Source: Cirrosporium novae-zelandiae
Taxonomy: Eukaryota
Assembly (NCBI GenBank): GCA_026023565.1
Contig: JAPETS010000015.1
Span: forward strand, 620,001-683,012
Reading direction: 5' to 3'
Length of the DNA stretch: 63,012 nucleotides
The first letter of the stretch is position 1. The number at the start of each line of letters is the position of its first letter. The notes beneath the pieces are model-generated. The model did not search any database, had not been told where the DNA came from, and was given only the letters and a program-made list of their open reading frames with translations. Below are positions 12,401-24,100 of this stretch, in pieces. Made by a program: the position numbers and the translations under genes.

Positions 12401-14549
12401 AAAAGGTGTTCGTTCGTGTCTTTGCCCCAGTAACCAGTTCTTGCCAATGACGCGAGATCACGCCGTCCTTTCCCGTACTGCCCTGCCCTCTCCTCAACAC
12501 CTGTGTCTAACTTGGTCTTTGACCGTGGTGGAGAACAAGAGACTGTGCCACAGCCAAAGGATACTAAGATCCAAAAGTATACATACTAACTAGACTCCAA
12601 TGGTCATGGTGTTAATGATCTGTCAGATTCAAACATAACCTGCCGATTTCCAGCATACATATTTAATCAATTTCAGCTATCATCTCTCCCCCCTAGTTCA
12701 CCAGGCAATTCCTTCGAGTAGTAAATAACCAAGGGTGGAAGAAAGCTCCATGTTGGAAACGGTTCGTGTGACAGCCAATTCTGAAAAGGGTTTGCCACAT
12801 TTAACCTCGGCCCCAACTATTGGAATGATTTGCCCTTTAATAATGCCAGGGACCTTGTCTTGACACATTACGATCCTCAATGTCGTAATGTCCTCTATAA
12901 GTAGAAAGTTGATAGACGGAAAACAAGAAATCCTACTTGATAAAGCACCCACACCATATCCAATTGGCCAGTAATAATTTCCCCGGCGCTTAAGAGAAGG
13001 ACGCTTGGATACACTCAAGGCGCTTGTATTTATATATATCTCTCCATTAAGCGCATATACCATGTAGATGATTTCACTATCGACATTTGCCACCTTGGCA
13101 AACAAGGAGACCTAGTAAGGAGCCAGAGACATTCCGTAAATCTTGACTTCCATGCATTTATCTGCATGTACTGTACACGTGTTAATGGCTGAAAGGTTGT
13201 TGAAGTGAGAAGTCAGGTATTTCATTTGCCGGAACATTAATAATCCAGCGGCATATCAAGCATAAAGCCTTGAAATATTTATCCCTTCACGCCATCCCAC
13301 TTGAAGCCGCTTACGGAAGTTGCCAGTCCTTAATTTCCCCTCCTCCATTTCTTGATATCTTAGGCCAGGTCAATTCGTTTTTCCCTTTTGGTTATATTAA
13401 TAGACACCCAATACCATGGTTCACTGAGTCAGGGGACAGGAATCTACTTAGGTACCCAAGTAAGATAAAACAAGTAACTAGATGATGCGATCGTTACGAC
13501 TACTTTCCTTGCTTCTGAAGCATGAAGCCTTCCTTAATTAATAAATAATTAATAACAATCATGATTTATATTGTAAATGTCTTGTAGACAGAAGAGGTAA
13601 ACGTACCCTACAAACCATCCGAATATATAACTGGTGATGAGCGGACCAGTACCGGAATTATATGAGAAGGAATGGTTTCCTTGAGTTTCCTTGAATTACA
13701 CACAGCATGTTCCTTGCAATCATGCATTGCCATCGGTCATGCAAACAATCGTGCGAATATCATTCGATTATGAAATATTTTGTTTACCATAAAATGTAGC
13801 CCATGTAGCCTATGTATCCCATGTATTTTGTAGCACATGTCCGCTTTGACAAGGAGTCTATGTAGCGGGGGGGACGGGGAAAACCCAGCTGGAGATTAAA
13901 AAAAGGAGATAAATATTCGATCTTCCGAGGTGGTAAAGAAGATAGAGAAGGTTGAAGCTTGGAAATACTGTTTGATCTGGAAAATCCGATGGCAGCGATT
14001 TCAAGCGATCGTGAGGGACCAGATGGAGTATATGGACATGGATCAGTGAGTACTAATGACATGCTGAGTACGTAGAAAGTGGTTTCTTCGATAGATAGCG
14101 GCAGCATCATTTTAAGGCCATGTAAGGCCGAAGTTGTTAGTGCGAGGGAGATCAATGGCTGAATGACTTCGATGGCTCAACGACAGCCACACATATGGAG
14201 AGTAGGAGTGGGAGAGGGAGGGTAGTACCTGTGGCGGCCAAAGTAAACTGGTTTCTCTACGTGGACGAATTCGAAGCACCTCCACTTCATCGCATCGTAC
14301 TTGCAAAACTTATTGTATTCATAAAGGTTGGATATTTGGTAAACATTTCAATCAACTGAAAAAAAAAAACAAAACATCTCAATTCTCGACTGAGTTGCAT
14401 TGTCATATTTCAACACAAATCTCCTTCAACTCGTATTCACAAGCCTCCTCTCTTAAGCTTCCGAGGCTTAACCCGGGCTCTGACTGGCTCATCTCTAACG
14501 CCCGCTCCCCCAGTTCCAGCCAAACTGGGGATTGTGAAAGCTAACCCAA

Positions 14550-17500
14550 ATGAGTATCCGCGCCACACCTCTCGCAAAACCACGAGAGCCAGAACCACCA
14601 GCACGAAAGCGCATCGACATTGGCAAGTTGCCGCAAGTCATGGAGCATTCAGAGTATCGAAATAACGACTCCGAGGGCTCAGGTTCGGACGATTATCCCG
14701 TCGACCGACCTTTCCCTACTTATGGAGATGACAGCTACGAGGATGGAGATGGGCAGCAACATCTGACGCCTACCACTACTGTTGAGAACCTCACGCCGAT
14801 GAGCGCATATACACCCGGTTCTACTTCTTGGGGGACGTCTTCTCAAATGCGGGCACGAGCGGGGAGTGGAGGAGCTGACATTTCCCAATTATATGATGGG
14901 CCTCCTCCCCTCGATAAGCTTACCGTCTCCATAAAGGCCCAGCGACCAACAGGACCGGCCAGAACACCTTCTAATACATATGCTCCGGTGCGAAGACCTG
15001 CCCCTCAATTCGTTTCCTTTGGCTCGAGTCGCCACCGTTCGTCGTCAGCAGTCCGTTCATCCAAACGAGATCCAAATGCCCAATATAGAGCACAAGAGAA
15101 GGCGTATGTTGAGCGATTGCGACAAGATCCTACAAGCGATTATTTCGAGAATGATATATATACTCCGAGTCTCACTCTCAGTTCCGATGTCGATACCGAT
15201 GAGGATTCTCCATCATCCGATGTACGCTTCGAGAACGATCCTTATGACCAAGAAACCCAGCTGTTCTTTGCCAATGACAACAATAGCCCGTCTGCTGAAG
15301 AGATGCAGGTACCTGAAAACCGTGAACGGCTTGAATGGCATTCAATGCTGGCGTCAGTCTTGAAAGGAGACGTCGTAAAACAGGAAAAGCAGAGGCTGAT
15401 CGGAGTCTCTGACTCTCCCGGAAATGAGGCATTAAACAATGAACTCTGGCTTGGGGTTCGGGCGAAATATTTTGGAAGATCTTTGGCTGCTCAAAAACGC
15501 TTAGTAGATGAGGGAAGATTAGAGGTGGGGGCAGTTATTGAAGCTATCTGTGCATTCGAGGTCAAAGGAGAGACTGAAGCTGGCAAGCCTGCGGTCAAGC
15601 AGGTCCAAGACGTCGTAGCAAAGATTGAGAAAATCGAATCTCTCTATCCGACGGAGAAGGATATGCTTGTGAACAATAAGAGAGCGCGCGATGATCAATT
15701 CAAATTTAGCTGCAATACCGTTATAGCCTGGCACAACATCACTGAGCTAATCAACACCGAGCTTAAGGTACTACAATCTTGGGTGGGGAACGACGAACTT
15801 GATTTCAGCAAATCTAGAAGTAGATTTGCTTCAGAGGGAGAGCTCACTGATGAATCTTCGTTTCTCGATCGGATTCTGAAAGAGGATGTGCTCAAAAAAT
15901 TGCAAAATGAACGAGAGAGTATGCTCACTGGAGTAAACGAGGTTATTAGGAAGGCCAAGTCGACTCTCATTGAAAATTTTGAAGAATTTAGCCGGTGTCA
16001 TCTTCCATTCTATATTGAAGAACTTCTTATCCTCATCAATTTCCCTTCTCGACTTATTCAAGAAATTATACGCATGCGGTTATCTTACGCTAAGAATATG
16101 AAGGATACAGTACAACAGTCGTCGATGATTTCTGAGCAGTTGATTTCACAGTTTCGAATCCTACTGAGGCTTGCCGTTTCGATCAAGCTCGACTATATAG
16201 AAATATCACTGGCGCAGGATAACTGGGAACTTCCTCCATGTATTGACGATTGCTTTGATTCTGTCGCATTAGAGGCACTGAAATTTTATTTCAAGTTGCT
16301 CCACTCAAAGATGTTTTCAAACAAAAATTCTTTTCGAGAAGCCGAAATTGTTGAGCAGGAATGGGAGTTTGCCACGGACATTGGTCGCCATATCGAAGGT
16401 GGTGATGTAGTGGTAGCAGAGCAATTCAGGTAGGCACCCACTGCTGCAGAGGAAATGCAAGGCTAACAAACATAGTTCTTTGACAGCCAAAGCTCTTTGG
16501 CGGTTGACAACCCATTTTGAACGAGAACTTCAAGGACGTCCGGAACTAGGTGTTGATATGAATAAACGGTATAAACAGATCCTTGATTCTGTTCGAGTCA
16601 GACAACGCAAGCTTTTCCGATTTTCACGAGTACTTGGTCAAAAATTTGAGAACTCCACAGAGTATAATATTAGTTTAAACCATGGTCAACTAAAGTCATT
16701 CTACGATGCTCTAATGCTATCTAGACATGTTCTGGTGGAATACTCGAATGAAGGAAACCAGGGCATATATCTTATCGCCTCGCCTACTTTACAACATAGG
16801 CCAAGAGAACTTCGTGCTATCCTTGGTACTTCATTTCATGCGGATGATACCTCTGAGGATCCTAGCAACCCATATGTTTTGATCCTCAGCCCGGAAGAGC
16901 ATTTTTATTGGGAGGGAGAGACGATGGAAGCCGATATCCCTGAGCTACCAAAAGATGTCAAGAGGGGTCGCGCGCGTCTGGTTGCAGATGGTTCTCTACA
17001 ACGGCTACAGAATGCTAGAATAGCACTTGTTCAAGCTACAGGACTTCAGCTAGATGTTCTCACTGAGCAGCGTGCAAATCTGACTAGGGTCAATTGGGAA
17101 CTTTCAAGAATCAAGAAGACTACTTACAAGCTCTCGAACACCATTATGGAGAGCGTGGAGATTATTCAAAAGAAAACCAAAGGGAAGGATAGTCAAGATT
17201 TGATCCAGATGTGCTTTGCTTTTGCAACCGAGTTTGGTAAACGCTCAGTAATGTACATGGATGCGAACCGACGATTGATGAATAACTTAAAGCTCACTCG
17301 ACTCGCTCTTGACTGGGTGAGCTTCATATGTGACGATTGCGTTGCTTCCGACAGAAAGACGTTCAAATGGGCTGTGGTGGCCTTAGAATTTGCAATGATT
17401 ATGACCCGTGGACAGGGTATTCTTGTCATCAGTGATGAGGAATATGCACAACTCCGGATCAAGGTTGCTGGTTGCATGTCTCTTTTGATATCTCATTTTG

Positions 17501-18747
17501 ATATTATGGGCGCCAGGTCAACCATGGCAGCTCAAGCAGAAAGGCAGCGGATGGATGCAATTGCAGGTCAATTCCGGCGTATGGATATTCACAGACTAAA
17601 AAATGACGAGGAGGCATCAAGCTATGTGCAAGAACAGCGTTTGTCCCAACTTGCGGATATTGACGAGGCGAGGAAACAGAAGGAGGCAGAGAGACAGGCT
17701 CTTGGACGAGTCTTAGAAGATACAAACGAGGCTGATCGCTCCTTGACATTCCTTTCCTCGTCTGCAACCAATGTCACCATGAGATGGCAGCAAGGGCAGT
17801 ACATTGGCGGTGGTACATTTGGATCAGTATGGGCAGCTTTCAACATTGACTCGGGTTATCTGATGGCTGTGAAAGAAATCCGTCTTCAGGACCCACAGCT
17901 TATTCCAACAATCGCCCAGCAAATTCGTGACGAGATGGGTGTCTTGGAAGTTTTAGATCATCCTAACATTGTTTCTTACTATGGCATTGAAGTCCATCGT
18001 GATAAAGTCTACATTTTCATGGAATATTGCTCGGGTGGGTCCATTGCTGGCCTCCTCGAACACGGCCGCATTGAGGACGAGACGGTACTCCAAGTCTACG
18101 CGCTTCAAATGCTCGAGGGTCTTGCTTATCTCCATGAATCCGGTATCGTCCATCGCGACATTAAACCTGAGAATATTCTTCTTGACCACAATGGTGTCAT
18201 CAAATATGTCGATTTTGGTGCTGCAAAAATTATTAGCCACCAAGGTAAAACCCTTGCACGTGAAAGTCCAATGCATAGGCCTGGTGGCATTCCCACCAAA
18301 ACTCGACCCGCAAAACAGAAATCCATGACTGGTACTCCCATGTACATGTCGCCCGAAGTGATCAAGGGTCATGATGAAGGCCGGCTTGGCTCTGTCGACA
18401 TATGGTCACTCGGCTGTGTGATTCTTGAAATGGCAACCGGTCGGCGTCCTTGGGCATCCCTCGATAACGAGTGGGCTATCATGTACAATATCGCCCAAGG
18501 CAACCCTCCATCGCTTCCTTCAAGAGATCAGCTAAGCGATGCGGGCATCGACTTTCTCAAGAGATGCTTCGATAGAGATCCAAAGAAAAGGAGCAGTGCG
18601 GCAGAGCTACTGCAACATGAGTGGATTCTGCAAATTCGAAGACAGGTCGTCGTCGATAACCAGTCTCTAGCAACCCCCAATGGAAGTGAGACTAGTAGTG
18701 GGGGGCCGAGCGGAATGGGCTCAAGACAGAATAGTGGGCTTGATTAA
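14550..18747 (+). CDS. SSK2: HOG-pathway MAP kinase kinase kinase (Ssk2/SskB/Os-4/Wis4 family)
   Basis: Exons 14550-16429 and 16476-18747 (intron GTAGGC..GCTAAC..TAG). N-terminal RERLEWHSMLASVLKGDVV motif. C-terminal kinase with WQQGQYIGGGTFGSV, MAVKEI, HRDIKPEN, DFG, GTPMYMSPE, LDNEWAIMY. Confidence 0.96.
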
Positions 18748-19740
18748 GTCGGTTAGGAAGGTGGTGCCTGAGATTGGAGAATGAAAATCACAATAAAAGT
18801 GGCGGCTACCCAAGACCGAATAAACCACAAACTGGTGATACGAGCAAAAATTCCTATCACTGCAATATCCCCTCGATATCATTCATATTCCTCTTCGTTG
18901 TTTTTCATACCCTAGCCTACTAAAATGGTGCTTACTTTTTACTGTTTATGCTTCATACAAATGTTTGGTGAAGAAATCTCTTGGAATTGGGATTGGGAGA
19001 TGAGAGAATCCTACATGAAGACATACACACACGAACACAAACGCGCACAAATCTAAATCATACGCATACACGCACGAATTGATACCACTTGATCTTTTTG
19101 TCAGTCAGTCAGTCAGTCGGTCGACGCCCCTCCCCCCTGGAAATACGAGCGTGGAGTTTTGGTGAATGAATGGGGAACCCCCAGTTTCTACCTATCTATT
19201 CTCTTTTTTTTGTTTCATAATGAAGATGATACAAACGGCTATGAAGCAAAACAAATCTCTTGTTTGTCCGTTCGAATGTTATTTTTTTTCCCCCTCGGAT
19301 GGATAGACATGTTTCATGATGATTTATGGGATTTGGGATTTTTGCATTATTTTTGGGGGGAGAAGGAGGGGGGGGGGCTTTTTTTTGGCATGGGATGGAT
19401 GGATGGATGAGATGGTTGTACCTAGTTTGTATATCTAGAATGGAAACAGAAATAGATACAGATACAGATGCTGTTGATATACTATATTATACCATACCAT
19501 GCCATGCCTTTGTTATACTTAAAGAATAAATAAAAATGAGGGTTAGTTTGGTGCTTGGGTATTTGTACCATATGTATGTGCTTTTGTGTAGTCTAGCTGG
19601 GTTGGGTTGGGTTGGGTTTGTTTTTAGGGATGTTATGAATGATGATGATACATGCGTAAGTATCCATCATGATGGTTTTGTTTGGTGGCTTTTTTTTTCG
19701 ATTGGATTGGATTGAGTTGGATTGAGGTGGTAATTAGGTA

Positions 19741-19970
19741 CTTTTGATAGGTAGAAATGAAAGCGAACCTAGAAAAGTGACCTTAAGGGAGGCTTTCAAA
19801 CAAAATCAATTTTCGATAACAATTCAATTGAAGGCCTCCCCAAAGCCCTAAAAATAAATTAATCATAAATATACAAAAATTGATTTTTGTTTGAAGGCCT
19901 CCCTCCTTAAGGTCGCATTATTCTAGTTCTATCTTTGGGTCTGGTCGCTTTCATTTCTACCCGTCAAAAG
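19741..19970. mobile_element. Non-autonomous foldback MITE, Tc1/mariner-type (TA target site)
   Basis: TA|CTTTTGATAGGTAGAAATGAAAGCGA ... TCGCTTTCATTTCTACCCGTCAAAAG|TA (24/26 terminal match). Inverted similarity continues inward (CTAGAA..GACCTTAAGG..GAGGC.TTCAAACAAAA.TCAATTTT). AT-rich core, no ORF. Confidence 0.8.
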
Positions 19971-20258
19971 TACAGTAGGGTAAGATTCGTATAGATAAGT
20001 TATTTGTACAGTACAATGGTTAATATAACATACCGCATAAGATATAACGTGTACGGTATATATATACACATATATTAAAGAATTTATTCAAGCAGGTAGG
20101 TATCTATCTATATATAGTCTATGTAAAGAGAAAGGGAACCTACCTACCTACCTTTCTTTCTTTCTTTCTTTCTTCTACAGTACAACTCCTAACCAGGGGG
20201 GTATTAAGTTGTCAACAACAAATTCCACCAACCAACTCAATCAACCCAACCAGTCCAA

Positions 20259-22951
20259 TCACCCAAACCCCAAACCCTTAACCTCAACATCATCCTTCAA
20301 CGCCAACCTCACCTCATCTTCCCCAACATTCAACCTCACCTTCCCCGTCCTTCCCCCCTTCCTCATTTCCAAACTCACAATCCCGGCCTCCATGAGCTCT
20401 ACCGCCGCAGCACCCATGCTCAACACCCTCGGCACCTTTCCCATCCCCATTCCTATCCCCCCACTCCCACCTAAATAGACATTTCCATTTCCCTTGGCGT
20501 TTACGCCACCATTGGAATAAGGATTCCCCTCCCCCAAAAGAAACTGCGAGATTTGGGGATTCGAGGCCATGGAGGCAAGGTTCCGGGCTTCGGATAAAAC
20601 GTCACTGAGGACGGATTCGGCGAGGCCTGTGCGTCGGACGCGGGAGAGGAGGCTGGAGAGGAAGAGTTTTGTTGAGAGGGGGAGGGAGCGGAGGGATTGT
20701 TGGAGGGGGGAGGTGGTGGCTTCGGTTATGGCGGTTTTGATCGTGCTTATTGTTACGCGGCCGTGGTTGCGGGTTGCGTTGGTGGTGGAGTTGTTGTTTT
20801 TGTTGTTGCGGCCGTGTTTTGAGGGGGTTGGGGGGTTGGATGCGATTGCAGTTGTGGTTGTGGATGTTAGGGCGGAGGCTTCGGATTCGGCGATCTCGAC
20901 TGCCCGGCGGCAGATGTCGAGGGCGCGGCGGGCGTCGCCTGAGACGGCGGCTACTTTTCGGCTGGCGAATTGTACGGCGTCTGGGTCGACGATGTTGCCT
21001 GGGACGCCCTCGAGCCGCGCTTCGATGATCTTCATTAGCTGCTGTGGTTTGTATCCCGGGAAGGTGATGCGCGTGAGGCCCAGGCGGCTGCTGATTTTGT
21101 TGGATAGGGTTCGTTCTGGCAGGTCCATCGTGTTCGCCACGGCTAGCACGATCAGCCGCGAGTGTGGCGATACCGGCCAGTTGAAGAAGTTGTACATGAC
21201 GGATTGGTTCTTGGTTACTAGCTGGTCGAGTTCGTCCATAAGCACGACGCAAGGAACGCGGCGCGGGTTTGGGTGACTGAATTCGAGATCTAGTAAGGAG
21301 AGCGCGTGGGAGGGGGACACGCGCTCCGATTTCAGTGCTTCCCACAGGAGTGAGTAGGATTGATGCGGGTCCGTGACTTTCATCCCGTTTATTTCTACGA
21401 ATATGAAGTCGTCTAGTTCGTCTGCTTGCACGGCGCCGTTTAGCTGCGATATTACTTCTCGGACTGTAGCTGTTTTCCCCGTGCCCGGTGTGCCGCTGAT
21501 GTAGATGCAGGAGCCTGATCCTGAGATGATGGCTGATTCGAGGCAGTCGTAAACGGTTTGGAATTCAGTTTCTCGACCTGGGAGAGAGGCCGGCACCGAT
21601 GAGACGTGAAGCTGGTGGCGGGCTAGTTGAAATGGAGAGGATATAGCTGTGGGGGAAAGTAGGCGGGTTGATAGGGGGGTAAATGTGAGGGGAGCTTTTA
21701 CTTGGATTCTGTCAAAGGTTTTTGGTCAGAGGGTGTGATATAGCAGAAGGTGGTGGTGAGAGGGCTCTGTTGTACTGGACGTGTGTCGTTTAAACATAGC
21801 AAAGCAATAGAGGAAACGATAAAGATACAGGGAGTAATCTAGGAATGCATGAAATGGGTTTGAGGGAGAGGGTCTAGGCATGACGATGGGATGCTAGAGA
21901 TAGGAAATAGGGTACATACCGCTTGTGAGAAGGAGTAGTAAGTTTTTGCCTCTTTCGGGACCCTGGGGTGGATGCAGCAGAATTTATCTTCCTCTTCTTG
22001 GGCGTTCTAGGAGTAGTTTGATACTCATCATCGTCCTGGTCGTTCGGCTGATATCCGTATCAGTATACAAACATGTTCACACAGCCAGTGTCCACAAACC
22101 TCGTAATGGCCGTCCTTATCTTCTGCACGAGTTCTACGGTTTTCTTTTGCCTCCTTGGCTTCTCTCAGTTTCTGCTTTTTCTGAGCGGTTAATGCTTCCA
22201 GTCTCTCAACCATTGCATAAATATCCTCAGGCGAGCCAGAGTAGATATCCTCCCAGATGAAGTCATCCGTATAGATTCCAGCTCGTGCTCTTGGCAAATA
22301 TCCCCTCCTACATATAAACACTTTTTCCTGCTGCCGCCGTGGCACTTTGCCATTGGGATACTTATGGTCAAACACATCTTTTGACATGATTCTTGCACTT
22401 CCATTGACACTTTGAAGCGGATTTTCATCATAAGCATGAGTAATATAAAGCTCGTTTGGTAGTAAGTCTGAATGTTTCTTCCTCTTTTCTTCCACCGCTT
22501 TCGCTCGGTCGAACCACATGAAATTGGCCATCTTTTCTCCATCATCTTCTTCCCGAAACCCGATTATTAGACCAACATACGCCTCTCCCGCATTCTCACT
22601 TTTAAGCAGTACGGGATCGCCAAGCTTGCACTGAAATATTGGACCCATCTTTGCCCCGATAATCTTTTGCTTCTTGGATGGCTCGCGAGCCAGTTTTCTC
22701 TTTCTCCTTCGATCATTCTGGCTCTCTGGGCTTTCCAGGAGTTCATCTTCCTCTTCGTCTGGAGTCTGTTCGGGTGACTTCGACTTCGGCTTCGGCCCGT
22801 CGTCGGGGGGCTCAGTTGTATCCTCGTAGATCCACTCCCAGGGGTAGTCCTCGGTTCCCAATTCATCGTCGGAATCCTCCCTTGTTATCCCAGCGCCCTT
22901 TAAGGCCTGACGGGCGCGCTCAGCTCGATTGTCCTTTTTCGGACGAGGCAT
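20259..22951 (-). CDS. ORC1: Origin recognition complex subunit 1
   Basis: Exons 22951-22100, 22047-21920, 21708-20259. N-terminal BAH domain (LGDPVLLK...YVGLI...NFMWF...NELYIT). AAA+ domain with YISGTPGTGKT, VLMDELDQL, AVANTMDLPER, SGDARRALDICRRA. Confidence 0.96.
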
Positions 22952-23003
22952 GGTTGTGGATCAATTGGGCCTTAGGACAGTTTGTGTCTGAATTGGTGGT
23001 CGA

Positions 23004-23025
23004 ACGCGTTTGGCGAGCGACGCGT
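23004..23025. promoter_or_regulatory. Two MluI cell-cycle boxes (MCB, ACGCGT) upstream of ORC1
   Basis: ACGCGT at 23004-23009 and 23020-23025, 53-74 bp upstream of the ORC1 ATG. MBF-type control of DNA replication genes is established in yeasts. Confidence 0.65.
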
Positions 23026-24100
23026 CGTTACTTTATTTCTATTAATGGACGTGTATAAAACGGTCCGTGCGCAAATGATCCATAATACCTGGTATCTTCA
23101 ATATTATAATCAACTTCAGTAGATGTCAAGAGTATTGTTGAATTGCTCAACCTGTCTTTCTTTAGTATCGTTTCCTTTCTTTCAGAAACTATAATTTCAA
23201 TAAATCTTTCACATACACAAGATTTGAAAATATCTATATCCGCCAAAACTTTCCAGCAATTTGTGAATAATATGCAGGTCTCCCCGTTTCTCCAGGCTCC
23301 TTTCTTTCTTGCTTTTTTGTCCGGATTTTCTTTGCAAACGGAGGGGCGAATAGTGAAAAGTATTATTCTAGGCATTACGACACCTAAAAATTAAATCAAT
23401 TTCCAGCATGCCGTAACTTTATGCGTGCATGAACAGTCTCTTGTATTTTATATTTTCGACTACGTGATCCTTAACAGCTAAACGGGAGGTACGGAAGGGC
23501 ACAGTCTCTTTCTATTAACATAAATATGAGTCTAAGACTTCACTATGCAACGGGCCTCGTGGTCGCAGCTTTCTAAACCCACTATAAACGTGGTGCTCTG
23601 TTCCGGAAATTCTTTACCCTTTTTCCCTTCCTCTCTACATTCACTTTATCTTTTCTTTCTTCACATTTACTTCATCCCTTCCATTGACTAGAAATCAATT
23701 ATTTACTTTCTCTCTTCCTCGCCTAAAATTCAATATTTGACCAGTATTTCCAGAATAAGCTGTCAATATCAGACCCGTCATTTGGTCTTTTAGGCAATCT
23801 TCCCCAAGTCCCAACTCTTTTACGACAAAGCAAGCAGATGTTTCCATCGATTCAAGCTATATTGCTTTAGCTTCAACTTGATACAGTTGTAAGGCAATTT
23901 TTTCCCCTTGTATAACATGTTTTCCCACCTTACTCCTGAAAGTAGTAACCTACGCTCATATCAGCTAACTCATGTATCCTAGGGTTTTGTTGACCACCTC
24001 AGCTCTTTCATACACAAGCAGGTTAGCCACTACTTCATAGCCTCTTAACCCAGAACCGTCTGATAGAATAACTCTGATTCATAGTATTCAATCAATTACC

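Noticed and set aside
10100..14500. Short ORFs (e.g. 12698-13105, 13784-14155) in the long spacer upstream of SSK2
   Set aside because: Mostly non-ATG starts, no recognisable domains, no transposase/RT motifs or consistent splice pattern. Treated as intergenic, though a degraded relic cannot be excluded.
20569..21345. 235-aa antisense ORF and 247-aa alternative-frame ORF over ORC1
   Set aside because: Shadow ORFs arising from GC-rich, skewed codon usage in the ORC1 exon; no independent motifs.
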